Shown here: positions 19,893 through 28,677 of the stretch, piece by piece | Position numbering within the stretch: the stretch's first letter is position 1 | How the letters are laid out: each line of letters opens with the position of its first letter | NCBI GenBank assembly: GCA_041686005.1 | Contig: JAWLER010000001.1 | Span: 95,756 to 159,755, forward strand | Origin: Anaerolineales bacterium | Lineage (GTDB): Bacteria; Chloroflexota; Anaerolineae; Anaerolineales; UBA11858 | DNA: 64,000 nucleotides | Direction of reading: 5' to 3' | Program-made: the position numbers and the translations under genes | Notes under the pieces: model-generated | What the model saw: only the letters and a program-made list of their open reading frames with translations | Database searches by the model: none | Told to the model about the DNA's origin: nothing

Positions 19893-21449
19893 ATGTCTGA
19901 AGAAAATGTGCTTCCCACAGGTGAAACCCGGATTGACCACATGGAAATGCGATCGATTACCAAACGCTTTCCTGGGGTCTTAGCCAATGATCGGATTGAT
20001 TTCGAGGTCAAATCTGGGGAAGTTCACGCCTTATTAGGGGAAAATGGTGCCGGTAAAAGCACCTTGATGAATGTCCTCTATGGCTTGTATCAGGCTGATG
20101 AAGGCCAGATTTTCCTGAACGGGGAAGAGATCAGGATCCAATCCCCCACAGATGCCATCAAAAACGGGATTGGCATGATCCATCAACATTTCATGCTGGT
20201 GGAGACGTTAACGGTGGCCGAAAATGTGGCTTTGGGTTTGGAATCTTCCCGCAAGCCGCTGACGGACTTAGATCACGTCACAGAACGCGTTTTAGAGCTT
20301 GCCGATGTGTATGGCCTGGAAATGGATCCCGGCGCTTATATTTGGCAATTGTCAGTGGGTCAGCGCCAGCGGGTGGAGATCATGAAAGCGCTCTATCGGG
20401 GGGCTGCATTGCTGATCCTCGATGAACCCACCGCGGTGTTGACACCTCAAGAGGTGGACGAGTTATTCCAAATCATCCGCGAGATGGCGGAAGATGGACA
20501 TGCACTTATCTTTATATCTCATAAATTGCACGAAGTGATCGACATCAGCGATCGCGTCACGGTCTTGCGTGGCGGGCGCAAAGTGGGCACTTACCAAACG
20601 GAAGAGGTCACCAAATCCGATTTGGCGAGGAGGATGGTAGGTCGGGAGGTTATCTTCCGCCCCGACATCGCGGAGGTTGAAGCTGGAGAGGTCCGTTTGG
20701 AGGTCAATCACGTGTCCTGCAAGAGTGACCGGGGCACGCCCGGTTTACGGGAGGTGGACTTGGAAGTCAGATCCGGAGAGATCTTGGGTGTGGCTGGGGT
20801 CTCCGGAAACGGTCAACTTGAGCTGGCGGAGGTCATCACAGGACTGAGGGAGGTTACGGAGGGACGGATCATTTTGGATGGCGAGGATATCACAAGGTAT
20901 CCCCCCATTGAACGAACGGACCGTAAGCTTGCCTACATCCCTGAAGAACGCATGCGGGATGGGATGATCAAAGAGTTTACGGTGGCGGAGAATCTGATCC
21001 TTCGCGAACATCACAGGAAACCCTTTTCCCAATCCGGCTTCCTGAATCTAAAGGCGATCAGGGAAAACAGCGATGAGTTAATTGACAACTATCAGATTAA
21101 AACCCCCTCCAGGGAAACCCTGGCGAAAAGCCTCTCCGGGGGGAATATTCAGAAGGTCGTGGTGGCCCGGGAGCTCTCCCGAAAACCGCGCGTGATCGTG
21201 GCTTCTCAGCCCACCCGTGGGCTTGATGTCGGCGCCACGGAGTACGTTCGGGAACAGTTGCTGTCGCAGCGCAAAGAAGGTACAGCCATCCTGCTTATCT
21301 CAGAGGACCTGGATGAGATCCTGGCCTTGGCGGATCGCATTGCCGTCATCTATGAAGGCCAAATCATGGGCATCGTCCCTGGGGATCAAGCCACCCCGCA
21401 AGAGTTGGGCTTGATGATGGCTGGTGTGAAAGAAAGAGAAAAGGAATAG
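19893..21449 (+). CDS. ABC transporter ATP-binding protein, duplicated ATPase domains
   Basis: Two nucleotide-binding domains: GENGAGKST / LSVGQRQR / LLILDEPT, then GVSGNGQ / LSGGNIQK. Confidence 0.9.
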   Translation: MSEENVLPTGETRIDHMEMRSITKRFPGVLANDRIDFEVKSGEVHALLGENGAGKSTLMNVLYGLYQADEGQIFLNGEEIRIQSPTDAIKNGIGMIHQHFMLVETLTVAENVALGLESSRKPLTDLDHVTERVLELADVYGLEMDPGAYIWQLSVGQRQRVEIMKALYRGAALLILDEPTAVLTPQEVDELFQIIREMAEDGHALIFISHKLHEVIDISDRVTVLRGGRKVGTYQTEEVTKSDLARRMVGREVIFRPDIAEVEAGEVRLEVNHVSCKSDRGTPGLREVDLEVRSGEILGVAGVSGNGQLELAEVITGLREVTEGRIILDGEDITRYPPIERTDRKLAYIPEERMRDGMIKEFTVAENLILREHHRKPFSQSGFLNLKAIRENSDELIDNYQIKTPSRETLAKSLSGGNIQKVVVARELSRKPRVIVASQPTRGLDVGATEYVREQLLSQRKEGTAILLISEDLDEILALADRIAVIYEGQIMGIVPGDQATPQELGLMMAGVKEREKE

Positions 21450-21456
21450 GCATAGG

Positions 21457-22695
21457 ATGCGTAAATTTGTCGGTTACCGGTGCTCGGTGTGCGGAAGGGA
21501 ATACGGCCCCGATGAGGTGACGTATACCTGCCCTAAAGATGATGGGATTTTGGATGTCGTACTGGATTACCCGGCCTTAAGGGAAAAGGCGAAGGGTGAC
21601 CTTATCCTGGGGGAGGAGGCCTCTTTATGGCGGTACCTCCCCCTCTTGCCGGTGGAGGAAAGGATAGGGGAGGGCACTTCCCTCCGGGCGGCAGGTTGGA
21701 CACCGACGTATGCCCCTCCTGTGTTGAAGGAGGAGCTGGGGCTTGCTCAATTGTGGGTCAAAGATGAGAGCCCTAACCCCACAGCTTCCTTCAAAGACCG
21801 GGCCAGCGCGCTTTTGATCGTTCGGGCCCGGGAAATAGGCGCTGACGTGATCGTCACCGCCTCGACGGGAAATGCCGGGGCGGCTTTGGCGGGGATGGCT
21901 GCAGCGGTGGGGCACCGGTCCGTGATCTTCGCCCCCAAAACAGCCCCACCGGCGAAAATCGCCCAGCTGTTGATTTATGGGGCGCAGGTTATCCTGGTGG
22001 ATGACAACTATGACGCAGCCTACCAGTTGTCGCTGGAGGCGACACGGGCGTTCGGCTGGTACAACCGGAATACGGGCTATAACCCTTTCACTGCAGAGGG
22101 AAAGAAAACCGCGGCATTTGAAATTTGGGAAACGGTCATAGAGGAAAACGATTTCGAGCGACCCTTATGCGTTTTCGTCTCTGTGGGGGACGGGAACATC
22201 ATTTCCGGGTTACATAAAGGATTTAAGGACCTCTCTGAAATCGGGAAGCTTGGGCAGATGCCGCGCATTTTTGGCTGCCAGTCCACAGGGTCGGCGGCGA
22301 TCGCCAATGCCTTCCAAAAGGGGACAGAGGAGATCGAGCCCGTGTCCGCGGACACACTGGCGGACAGCATCTCCGTGAATTTACCCAGCGATGGATTGCG
22401 GGCCCTGCGGGCGGCGACGGAAACGGATGGCGCCTACGTGGCTGTTGAAGATCAGGCCATCCTGCAAGCGGTCTCAGATTTGGGCCGGGTGGGGATCTTC
22501 GCTGAGCCAGCCGGAGCGACCTCCTATGCGGGATTGAAAAAAGCCCTTCAGGAGGGCCTGGTTGAAGCCCAGGATCCGATCCTGGTCTTGAACACGGGCA
22601 GCGGATTGAAAGATGTCGATGCCGCGATGGACGCTGCAGGGGAAGCGCCGGTGATCAAGCCCGATTTGGAAGAAGTCAAGAAGCTGCTCGCATAG
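21457..22695 (+). CDS. threonine-synthase-family PLP (fold-type II) enzyme with N-terminal Cys4 zinc ribbon
   Basis: CSVCGREYGPDEVTYTCPKDDG ribbon, SFKDRA PLP-lysine motif, and GNAGAA. It starts 7 nt after the ATPase stop. Confidence 0.75.
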   Translation: MRKFVGYRCSVCGREYGPDEVTYTCPKDDGILDVVLDYPALREKAKGDLILGEEASLWRYLPLLPVEERIGEGTSLRAAGWTPTYAPPVLKEELGLAQLWVKDESPNPTASFKDRASALLIVRAREIGADVIVTASTGNAGAALAGMAAAVGHRSVIFAPKTAPPAKIAQLLIYGAQVILVDDNYDAAYQLSLEATRAFGWYNRNTGYNPFTAEGKKTAAFEIWETVIEENDFERPLCVFVSVGDGNIISGLHKGFKDLSEIGKLGQMPRIFGCQSTGSAAIANAFQKGTEEIEPVSADTLADSISVNLPSDGLRALRAATETDGAYVAVEDQAILQAVSDLGRVGIFAEPAGATSYAGLKKALQEGLVEAQDPILVLNTGSGLKDVDAAMDAAGEAPVIKPDLEEVKKLLA

Positions 22696-22737
22696 CTGCT
22701 TTCTATGGAGGTACAAGGGTTTTATCCCTGATCAAAC

Positions 22738-23694
22738 ATGACCACATACTCGATTATCGCTCCCATATATAACGAAATGGAAAACCTCCCCGTTCTTTAC
22801 CGCCGGGTCGGTGAGGTCATGGCTAAAACGGGGGAAACGTGGGAATTTGTCATGGTGGACGATGGCTCCACGGATGGATCCGTGGAGCGTATCCGGGAGT
22901 TTGCGGAACAGGATGATCGTGTTCGCCCGGTGATCTTCGCCCGCAATTTTGGCCATCAGATCGCGGTCACGGCGGGGTTGGATTACAGCCGGGGGGATGC
23001 TGTGGTGGTGATCGACGCGGACTTGCAGGACCCTCCGGAAGTGATCTTAGACTTAATCGAGAAATGGAAGGAAGGGTATGAGGTGGTTTACGCTGTCCGT
23101 GATAAACGTGAGGGCGAAAGCTGGTTTAAACTGGCTACCGCGGCGGCTTTTTACCGCATCATCCAGCGGATCACGGAGGTCAATATCCCTTTGGACACGG
23201 GCGATTTCCGTCTCCTGGACAGGAAAGTGGTTTCGGTCATGAAGCGGATGCGTGAACGGCACCGCTTTTTGCGGGGGATGTCGGTTTGGGTAGGCTTCAA
23301 GCAGGCCGGTGTGACCTATGAACGTGAAGAACGGTATGCCGGGGAGACCAAATACCCTTTGCGCAAGATGTTGAAATTGGCCAGCGATGCGGTCACCGGT
23401 TTTTCCTATTTTCCCCTTCAGCTTGCGATGGGCCTCGGTTTCACGGCGGCGGGATTGGGGTTGTTGGTGCTGTTGATCCTCATCGCCTTGCGTTTGGCTG
23501 GTTCAGGCGCTTACTCTGGCCAGGCGCTGACCCTGATTGTGGTCTTATTCCTAGGGGGTGTGCAGCTGATGTTTTTGGGGGTCGTGGGGGAGTACATTGG
23601 GCGCATCTATGATGAGGTCAGAGGAAGGCCATTGTACATTGTCCGGGAAGCTCCGGAAGAAAATCAAAGCGAACCTAAGTGGATGGATTTGTAA
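22738..23694 (+). CDS. family-2 glycosyltransferase (polyprenol-phosphate glycosyltransferase, GtrB/Dpm1/ArnC-like) with two C-terminal TM helices
   Basis: [10 protein letters not shown] .. [11 protein letters not shown] .. [10 protein letters not shown] motifs plus a hydrophobic C-terminus. Confidence 0.85.
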   Translation: MTTYSIIAPIYNEMENLPVLYRRVGEVMAKTGETWEFVMVDDGSTDGSVERIREFAEQDDRVRPVIFARNFGHQIAVTAGLDYSRGDAVVVIDADLQDPPEVILDLIEKWKEGYEVVYAVRDKREGESWFKLATAAAFYRIIQRITEVNIPLDTGDFRLLDRKVVSVMKRMRERHRFLRGMSVWVGFKQAGVTYEREERYAGETKYPLRKMLKLASDAVTGFSYFPLQLAMGLGFTAAGLGLLVLLILIALRLAGSGAYSGQALTLIVVLFLGGVQLMFLGVVGEYIGRIYDEVRGRPLYIVREAPEENQSEPKWMDL

Positions 23695-23722
23695 ACTTAT
23701 TTAGAGAAAGGAACGGAAGATA

Positions 23723-25183
23723 ATGATAGATCTAACTGTCAATGAAGAGCAATTGGAAAGAACCGTCAAACGCGCCCGAGAGCGGGACATCATCATCCCC
23801 ACCTTCGCGCAGATGCGGAATCCGGAATTGATCCCCGATAAAGTAAAAGAGGAATTGAAAGGGATTGGATTGTGGGATATCACCTCGCGGAATTTGTTCC
23901 GCATCACCTGGAAAAACGAGCCCGTGGAACATGGTGGTGGATTTAACGGTGTCAATTATATGGAACTGCCCAAGAGCTTTACAGGTGTGGATGCGCGCAT
24001 CATCTCTTTGGTGGGGAAATGGTTCCCAACCGGTTCCCACAAAGTGGGTGCAACCTTTGGGTGCCTTGTGCCCCGCCTGGTAACGGGCCAGTTTGATCCC
24101 ACCTTCCACCAAGCAGTGTGGCCCTCCACCGGGAATTACTGTCGAGGTGGAGCGTACGATGCCTCCCTTTTGGCTTGTGAGTCGATCGCCATTCTCCCTG
24201 AGGGGATGAGCCAGGAGCGCTTTGATTGGCTGGCCAAGGTGGCGGGGGAAGTGATCGCCACCCCAGGCTCGGAGTCCAACGTCAAAGAGATTTATGATAA
24301 GGTCTGGGAGCTGCGGGAAGAACGTGATAACGTTTTCGTCTTCAATCAGTTTGACGAGTTCGGGAACCACCTCTGGCACTACGATGTCACCGGGAAGGCC
24401 ATGGAGGAGGTCCTGGAACAGGAGATGGGTCCCCACGATAATTACCACGGCGTGGCGCTGACCTCCGGATCCTCGGGGACCATGGGCTGCGGGGATTACA
24501 TGAAGGAGATCTTCCCCACCAGCAGGATCGCGGTAGGTGAAGCTCTGCAGTGCCCGACCTTGATGGAGAACGGGTACGGCGCCCACCGCATTGAGGGCAT
24601 CGGCGATAAGCATGTGCCCTGGATCCACAATGTCAAGAATACAGACATGGTCATCGCCATTGACGATAATGCTGTTGTCAACCTGGCCCGTCTTTTCAAT
24701 GAGCCAGCCGGTCGACAGTATCTGATTGACCAGGGTATCCCTGAAGATCTCGTCTGCCAGTTGGATTTGCTGGGCTTCTCCAGCATTGCCAACGTGCTCA
24801 TGTGCATCAAGTACGCCAAATACTACGAATTAGGTGAGAATGACATCATCCTGACCACCTTCACGGATTCCATGGAACTCTACGAAAGCCGGTTGCGGGA
24901 GATGCACGAGGAGGTCGGGGAATACACAGAAATGGATGCGGCCCGCGATCACGCCCGCTATCTGGAAGGGGTGACCCCCAATTACCTGTTGGATCTGAAC
25001 CACGAGGCCCGGCGCCGGATCCATAACCTGAAGTATTACACCTGGATCGAGCAGCAGGGCAGAGATCTTGAAGAGCTCAATGCCCAGTGGGAAGATGATT
25101 CATATTGGGATGGGTACCACCAGCAAATCGACGACATGGATGAGCTGATCGAGGATTTCAACGACCGGGTCGGTTTGCTCTGA
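23723..25183 (+). CDS. PLP-dependent fold-type II enzyme (lyase/thiolase-like), specificity unknown
   Basis: 486 aa. Candidate PLP-lysine in FPTGSHKVGATFG, plus a TSGSSGTMG glycine-rich phosphate loop. It is longer than cysteine synthase or TrpB. Confidence 0.65.
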   Translation: MIDLTVNEEQLERTVKRARERDIIIPTFAQMRNPELIPDKVKEELKGIGLWDITSRNLFRITWKNEPVEHGGGFNGVNYMELPKSFTGVDARIISLVGKWFPTGSHKVGATFGCLVPRLVTGQFDPTFHQAVWPSTGNYCRGGAYDASLLACESIAILPEGMSQERFDWLAKVAGEVIATPGSESNVKEIYDKVWELREERDNVFVFNQFDEFGNHLWHYDVTGKAMEEVLEQEMGPHDNYHGVALTSGSSGTMGCGDYMKEIFPTSRIAVGEALQCPTLMENGYGAHRIEGIGDKHVPWIHNVKNTDMVIAIDDNAVVNLARLFNEPAGRQYLIDQGIPEDLVCQLDLLGFSSIANVLMCIKYAKYYELGENDIILTTFTDSMELYESRLREMHEEVGEYTEMDAARDHARYLEGVTPNYLLDLNHEARRRIHNLKYYTWIEQQGRDLEELNAQWEDDSYWDGYHQQIDDMDELIEDFNDRVGLL

Positions 25184-25209
25184 TCCCGGGGGCATCAGGT
25201 TTGCGATCA

Positions 25210-25252
25210 AACGCCGAATTCGCCGTTCAAGAATTCGGCGTTTTCTTTTCTC
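25210..25252 (+). terminator. rho-independent terminator
   Basis: AACGCCGAATTC-gccgttcaa-GAATTCGGCGTT (12-bp perfect stem) followed by TTCTTTTCTC. It is the first convincing intrinsic terminator I see downstream of 9286. Confidence 0.85.
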
Positions 25253-25404
25253 ATCTCCATAGGTGAAATGCGATTGAGTTCCATATATAAGGCAAGAGGT
25301 GGGGGGATTTGTGTATAATGAAAGGTAGACTGGTGAGTGAGAGGAGCATGGCTGGATCAGCTGTTCGGTGCTTTTAGCGGCTGGCAGCTTATGGGGGTGA
25401 TGTT

Positions 25405-25983
25405 ATGAATGGGGCGTATCTGTCCCCTTCGGCGTTGATTTTAGTGGCCATCATGCCTGATCCCCGAGATTTGCAATATGCGCGCGTTTTGGGCTGGTAT
25501 CGAATCCCGGTCCGCACCGCACCTCGGGTGCTGAATGTCGATTACCTGGCATTTTATCAGCCGGGCACATTTGGTGACCGGAAGTGGCGTGTGGAATATC
25601 TCGCCCCTGTCTTGGGGCATGAGTTGACCACGCGGTTGGACCTGATCAGCGAGGAGCCTGATCATCCCAGGGCCCACGAAGAGTATTTTAAAATCCAACT
25701 AGGGTCCCTTCAGGCATTGCCTCATCCCATCCTGGCCGGCGGTTGGAAGCGTTTCACCTTTTTGTACACCACCGGTGAATACCTGAGGGAAGCGAATCAG
25801 TTAACGGACCTCACCGTGCGTTCCAGCGAGCGTAAAAGGTTGTGGAAAGCGCTCCGGGAGCGGGCCGATCAAGACAGGGCATACAGGGCCAAGGACCCTG
25901 TTGAAGGTCTGTCCCCCGAGGTCCTGGCTGCTTTATTAGGCATTCCATCGGACCTGGATGAGTTCACAACCCAGGGGGATTAA
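25405..25983 (+). CDS. hypothetical protein
   Basis: 192-aa ORF with coding-like composition and no motif I recognise. Confidence 0.5.
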   Translation: MNGAYLSPSALILVAIMPDPRDLQYARVLGWYRIPVRTAPRVLNVDYLAFYQPGTFGDRKWRVEYLAPVLGHELTTRLDLISEEPDHPRAHEEYFKIQLGSLQALPHPILAGGWKRFTFLYTTGEYLREANQLTDLTVRSSERKRLWKALRERADQDRAYRAKDPVEGLSPEVLAALLGIPSDLDEFTTQGD

Positions 25984-26176
25984 ACCAGAACCATTTCTGG
26001 GCCGACGTGGTGGGGCGCTGTCTTTCAAAGAGCCGGGTGGAGAGGGGTAAAAGCCTCCTGCTCCATTCTTTGGTTCCCCAAGATGTGCAGTATAATCCCA
26101 TGGTAGATCGGCTTTTATACCACCTGTGGGTCCTCATGCAGGAGACGAATCGGGGATTGTTTCAAAGGATGAACCT

Positions 26177-27598
26177 ATGGCGAAGATATTGATTAAAAAT
26201 GGGACGTTAATTACCGCAGCGGAGATCTTTGAAGCGGACATCCTCATTGAGGGTGAAAAGATCGTTGCAGTCGGTCAGGGTTTCGATGAGTCGGACTGCC
26301 GCGTGGTGGATGCTGAAGATCTTTTGGTTATGCCGGGGGGGATTGATCCCCACACGCATTTCGACCTGCCTATGTTTGACACGGTTTCCTCGGATGATCA
26401 CTACACCGGTCACAAAGCGGCGGCTTTCGGCGGGACGACGACCGTGATGGATTTCGTGCCTGACGATAGCCCGGATCTGCTTGAAAATGTGGAAGCCTGG
26501 AACGCCAAGGCGGATCCCAAAGCGGCAATTGACTTCGGTTTTCACATGAATATCACCCATTTCAATGAGGAGATCGCGGCCCAAATCCCGGATTTGGTGT
26601 CTGCCGGTATCACGACGCTCAAGGTGTTCACAGCTTATAACGGCCGGCTCCGCCTCCAAGACGGGGAGATTTTCCAGGTCATGCGGATCGCCCGGGACCA
26701 GGGCATGCTGACCATGCTCCATGCTGAAAATGGGGATGTGATTGAAGTCCTGGTGGAGGAGGCTATAGCCGCCGGGCACACCACCCCGGAGTGGCATGCG
26801 CACACCCGACCGGATTGGGGAGCGATGGAATCGGTGCTGCGGGGGGCAGCCTTGTCCGCCCAAGCGGAGGCTCCCCTGTACATCGTCCATATGAACACAG
26901 CGGGCGGGGTGGACCAGCTGCAGTACGCCCGAGACCTGGGTATTTCTGTGATGGGAGAGACATGTCCCCAGTATTTGTTTTTCACGGTGGATCATTTACG
27001 TCGGCCGGATGGGGCGAAATGGGTCTGTTCCCCTCCCATGCGAACGCAAATCGACAATGAGCGGCTCTGGGTGGGTTTAGAGGATGAGCTCATTCAAACC
27101 GTGGGCACGGATCACTGCCCTTTCTTTTACGACGGCACGACGCCCATCGAGTATGAAGGGGAAAAAGTGGCCATCCCTGGAAAAGAGCTCGGTGCAGATG
27201 ATTTCACAAAAATCCCCAATGGGTTGCCTGGCGTGGGGGACCGTATGCCCATTTTGTGGACGGAGGGCGTGGTCAAAGGGGCTTTGACACCCACCCAATT
27301 TGTGGCTCAGATGAGCACCAACACGGCCAAGATCTTCGGTCTATATCCCCGCAAAGGGTCCTTAATGCCCGGTGCGGATGCAGATATCGCGATCTGGGAT
27401 CCGGAGAAAACCCTTACCTACGGCGTCGAGGTCGCCCACCACCGCACGGATTACAATCTTTATGAAGGGTGGGAGTTAAAGGGATATCCTGTAAAAGTCT
27501 TTTTACGGGGGCAGCTGATCGTGGATGGAGAGGAGTGGTTGGGGAAGGCGGGGATGGGTCAGTTCCTGAAACGCAAGCCCGATGCAGAGGTGATCTAG
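26177..27598 (+). CDS. dihydropyrimidinase / D-hydantoinase (cyclic amidohydrolase)
   Basis: GGIDPHTHFDLPMF..GGTTTVMDF, the carboxylated-lysine context TTLKVFTAY, and LHAENGD. I prefer ATG 26177 (MAKILIKNGTL, AAGGA upstream) over the track start 26126. Confidence 0.85.
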   Translation: MAKILIKNGTLITAAEIFEADILIEGEKIVAVGQGFDESDCRVVDAEDLLVMPGGIDPHTHFDLPMFDTVSSDDHYTGHKAAAFGGTTTVMDFVPDDSPDLLENVEAWNAKADPKAAIDFGFHMNITHFNEEIAAQIPDLVSAGITTLKVFTAYNGRLRLQDGEIFQVMRIARDQGMLTMLHAENGDVIEVLVEEAIAAGHTTPEWHAHTRPDWGAMESVLRGAALSAQAEAPLYIVHMNTAGGVDQLQYARDLGISVMGETCPQYLFFTVDHLRRPDGAKWVCSPPMRTQIDNERLWVGLEDELIQTVGTDHCPFFYDGTTPIEYEGEKVAIPGKELGADDFTKIPNGLPGVGDRMPILWTEGVVKGALTPTQFVAQMSTNTAKIFGLYPRKGSLMPGADADIAIWDPEKTLTYGVEVAHHRTDYNLYEGWELKGYPVKVFLRGQLIVDGEEWLGKAGMGQFLKRKPDAEVI

Positions 27599-27621
27599 TG
27601 GTTCTTGAGGAGGGAACAAGG

Positions 27622-28491
27622 ATGGAGCAAGAGTTATCCGTAGGAGATGTTACCTTTCAATGGGGGGAACGGACCTATATCATGGGCATCCTTAATCTCA
27701 CCCCGGACAGCTTTTCTGGGGATGGGTTGGTAGAGGAGGGGGTGGATGGAGCGCTAGCCCTGGCCCGGACGTTCGTGAATGCGGGGGTGGATATCCTGGA
27801 TGTGGGTGGGGAGAGCACCCGCCCTGGTGCGGATCCGGTGCCTTTGGAAGAGGAATTAAACCGCGTCATTCCGGTGATCGAAAGGCTGTCTGAGGAGTTT
27901 GAGACTTTGATCTCCATTGACACGTATAAGGCAAAGGTTGCTGAAAAAGCGCTTGCAAAGGGAGCTCATCTTGTCAATGATGTCTGGGGGTTGAGGGCGG
28001 ACCCGGGATTGAGAAACGTTGTCGCTGAGCATGGAGTGCCGGTGATTTTGATGCACAACCGTAGCGATCCCAGTAACGCTGAGGTCAAAAAGCAGCTTGG
28101 GGGGCGTTACGTGGGGGTCGAATATGACAATTTGTTGGAGAATGTGAAGCGGGAATTGATGGACAGCGTCGAAATCGCCCTCGATGTGGGCATCTCCCCA
28201 AGACGCATCCTTCTCGACCCGGGGATCGGTTTTGGGAAGACGGTGGAGCAGAATCTGGAACTTTTAAATCGCTTGGATGAGATCCGGGCTCTGGGTTTTC
28301 CCGTTTTAGTGGGTCCCTCCCGGAAATCCTTCATCGGTTATACCCTGGATCTGCCGCCGGAAGAGCGGTTGGACGGGACCGCTGCCGCCGTCTCTGTGGC
28401 GATCATCCGGGGAGCGGATGTGGTTCGGGTTCATGATGTCGTTGAAATGGTGCGGGTGGCGAAAATGACGGATGCCATTGTCCGGAGATAG
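27622..28491 (+). CDS. folP: dihydropteroate synthase
   Basis: IMGILNLTPDSFSGDG .. DVGGESTRPG .. SIDTYK .. NDVWG .. GIGFGKT motifs. I prefer ATG 27622 (GAGGAGGG upstream); the track start 27469 would overlap the hydantoinase gene. Confidence 0.9.
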   Translation: MEQELSVGDVTFQWGERTYIMGILNLTPDSFSGDGLVEEGVDGALALARTFVNAGVDILDVGGESTRPGADPVPLEEELNRVIPVIERLSEEFETLISIDTYKAKVAEKALAKGAHLVNDVWGLRADPGLRNVVAEHGVPVILMHNRSDPSNAEVKKQLGGRYVGVEYDNLLENVKRELMDSVEIALDVGISPRRILLDPGIGFGKTVEQNLELLNRLDEIRALGFPVLVGPSRKSFIGYTLDLPPEERLDGTAAAVSVAIIRGADVVRVHDVVEMVRVAKMTDAIVRR

Positions 28492-28677
28492 GGGATCCCC
28501 ACCTGTAAGGATGGATTTCTAACACTTTTCTGCAAGGGAATGCTGCATAATCACAAAGTTCTCTTTGATGGGCAATCAGAGGGGACTTTTTTTTTAGACC
28601 CTGTATTCTTACAACATTTTAACACTCATTCGATATAGTAGGTGTACCGAGCAATGATACTTGGCAGGAGGTAAAGA

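Noticed and set aside
26091-26096. TATAAT hexamer upstream of the hydantoinase gene as a promoter
   Set aside because: No acceptable -35 box lies at 16-18-nt spacing (CTTTGG/TTTGGT). No GntR-type palindrome is nearby. I left it uncalled.
28561-28595. Run of nine T (28587-28595) after folP as a possible terminator
   Set aside because: The preceding sequence offers only a 4-6-bp stem with wobble pairs (CTCT..AGAG), which is too weak to call confidently.
28619-28645. CIRCE-like element (TTAACACTC-N9-...) upstream of htpG
   Set aside because: Only the left half resembles TTAGCACTC. The right half (AGTAGGTGT) does not match GAGTGCTAA, so there is no real inverted repeat and it is not called as an HrcA operator.
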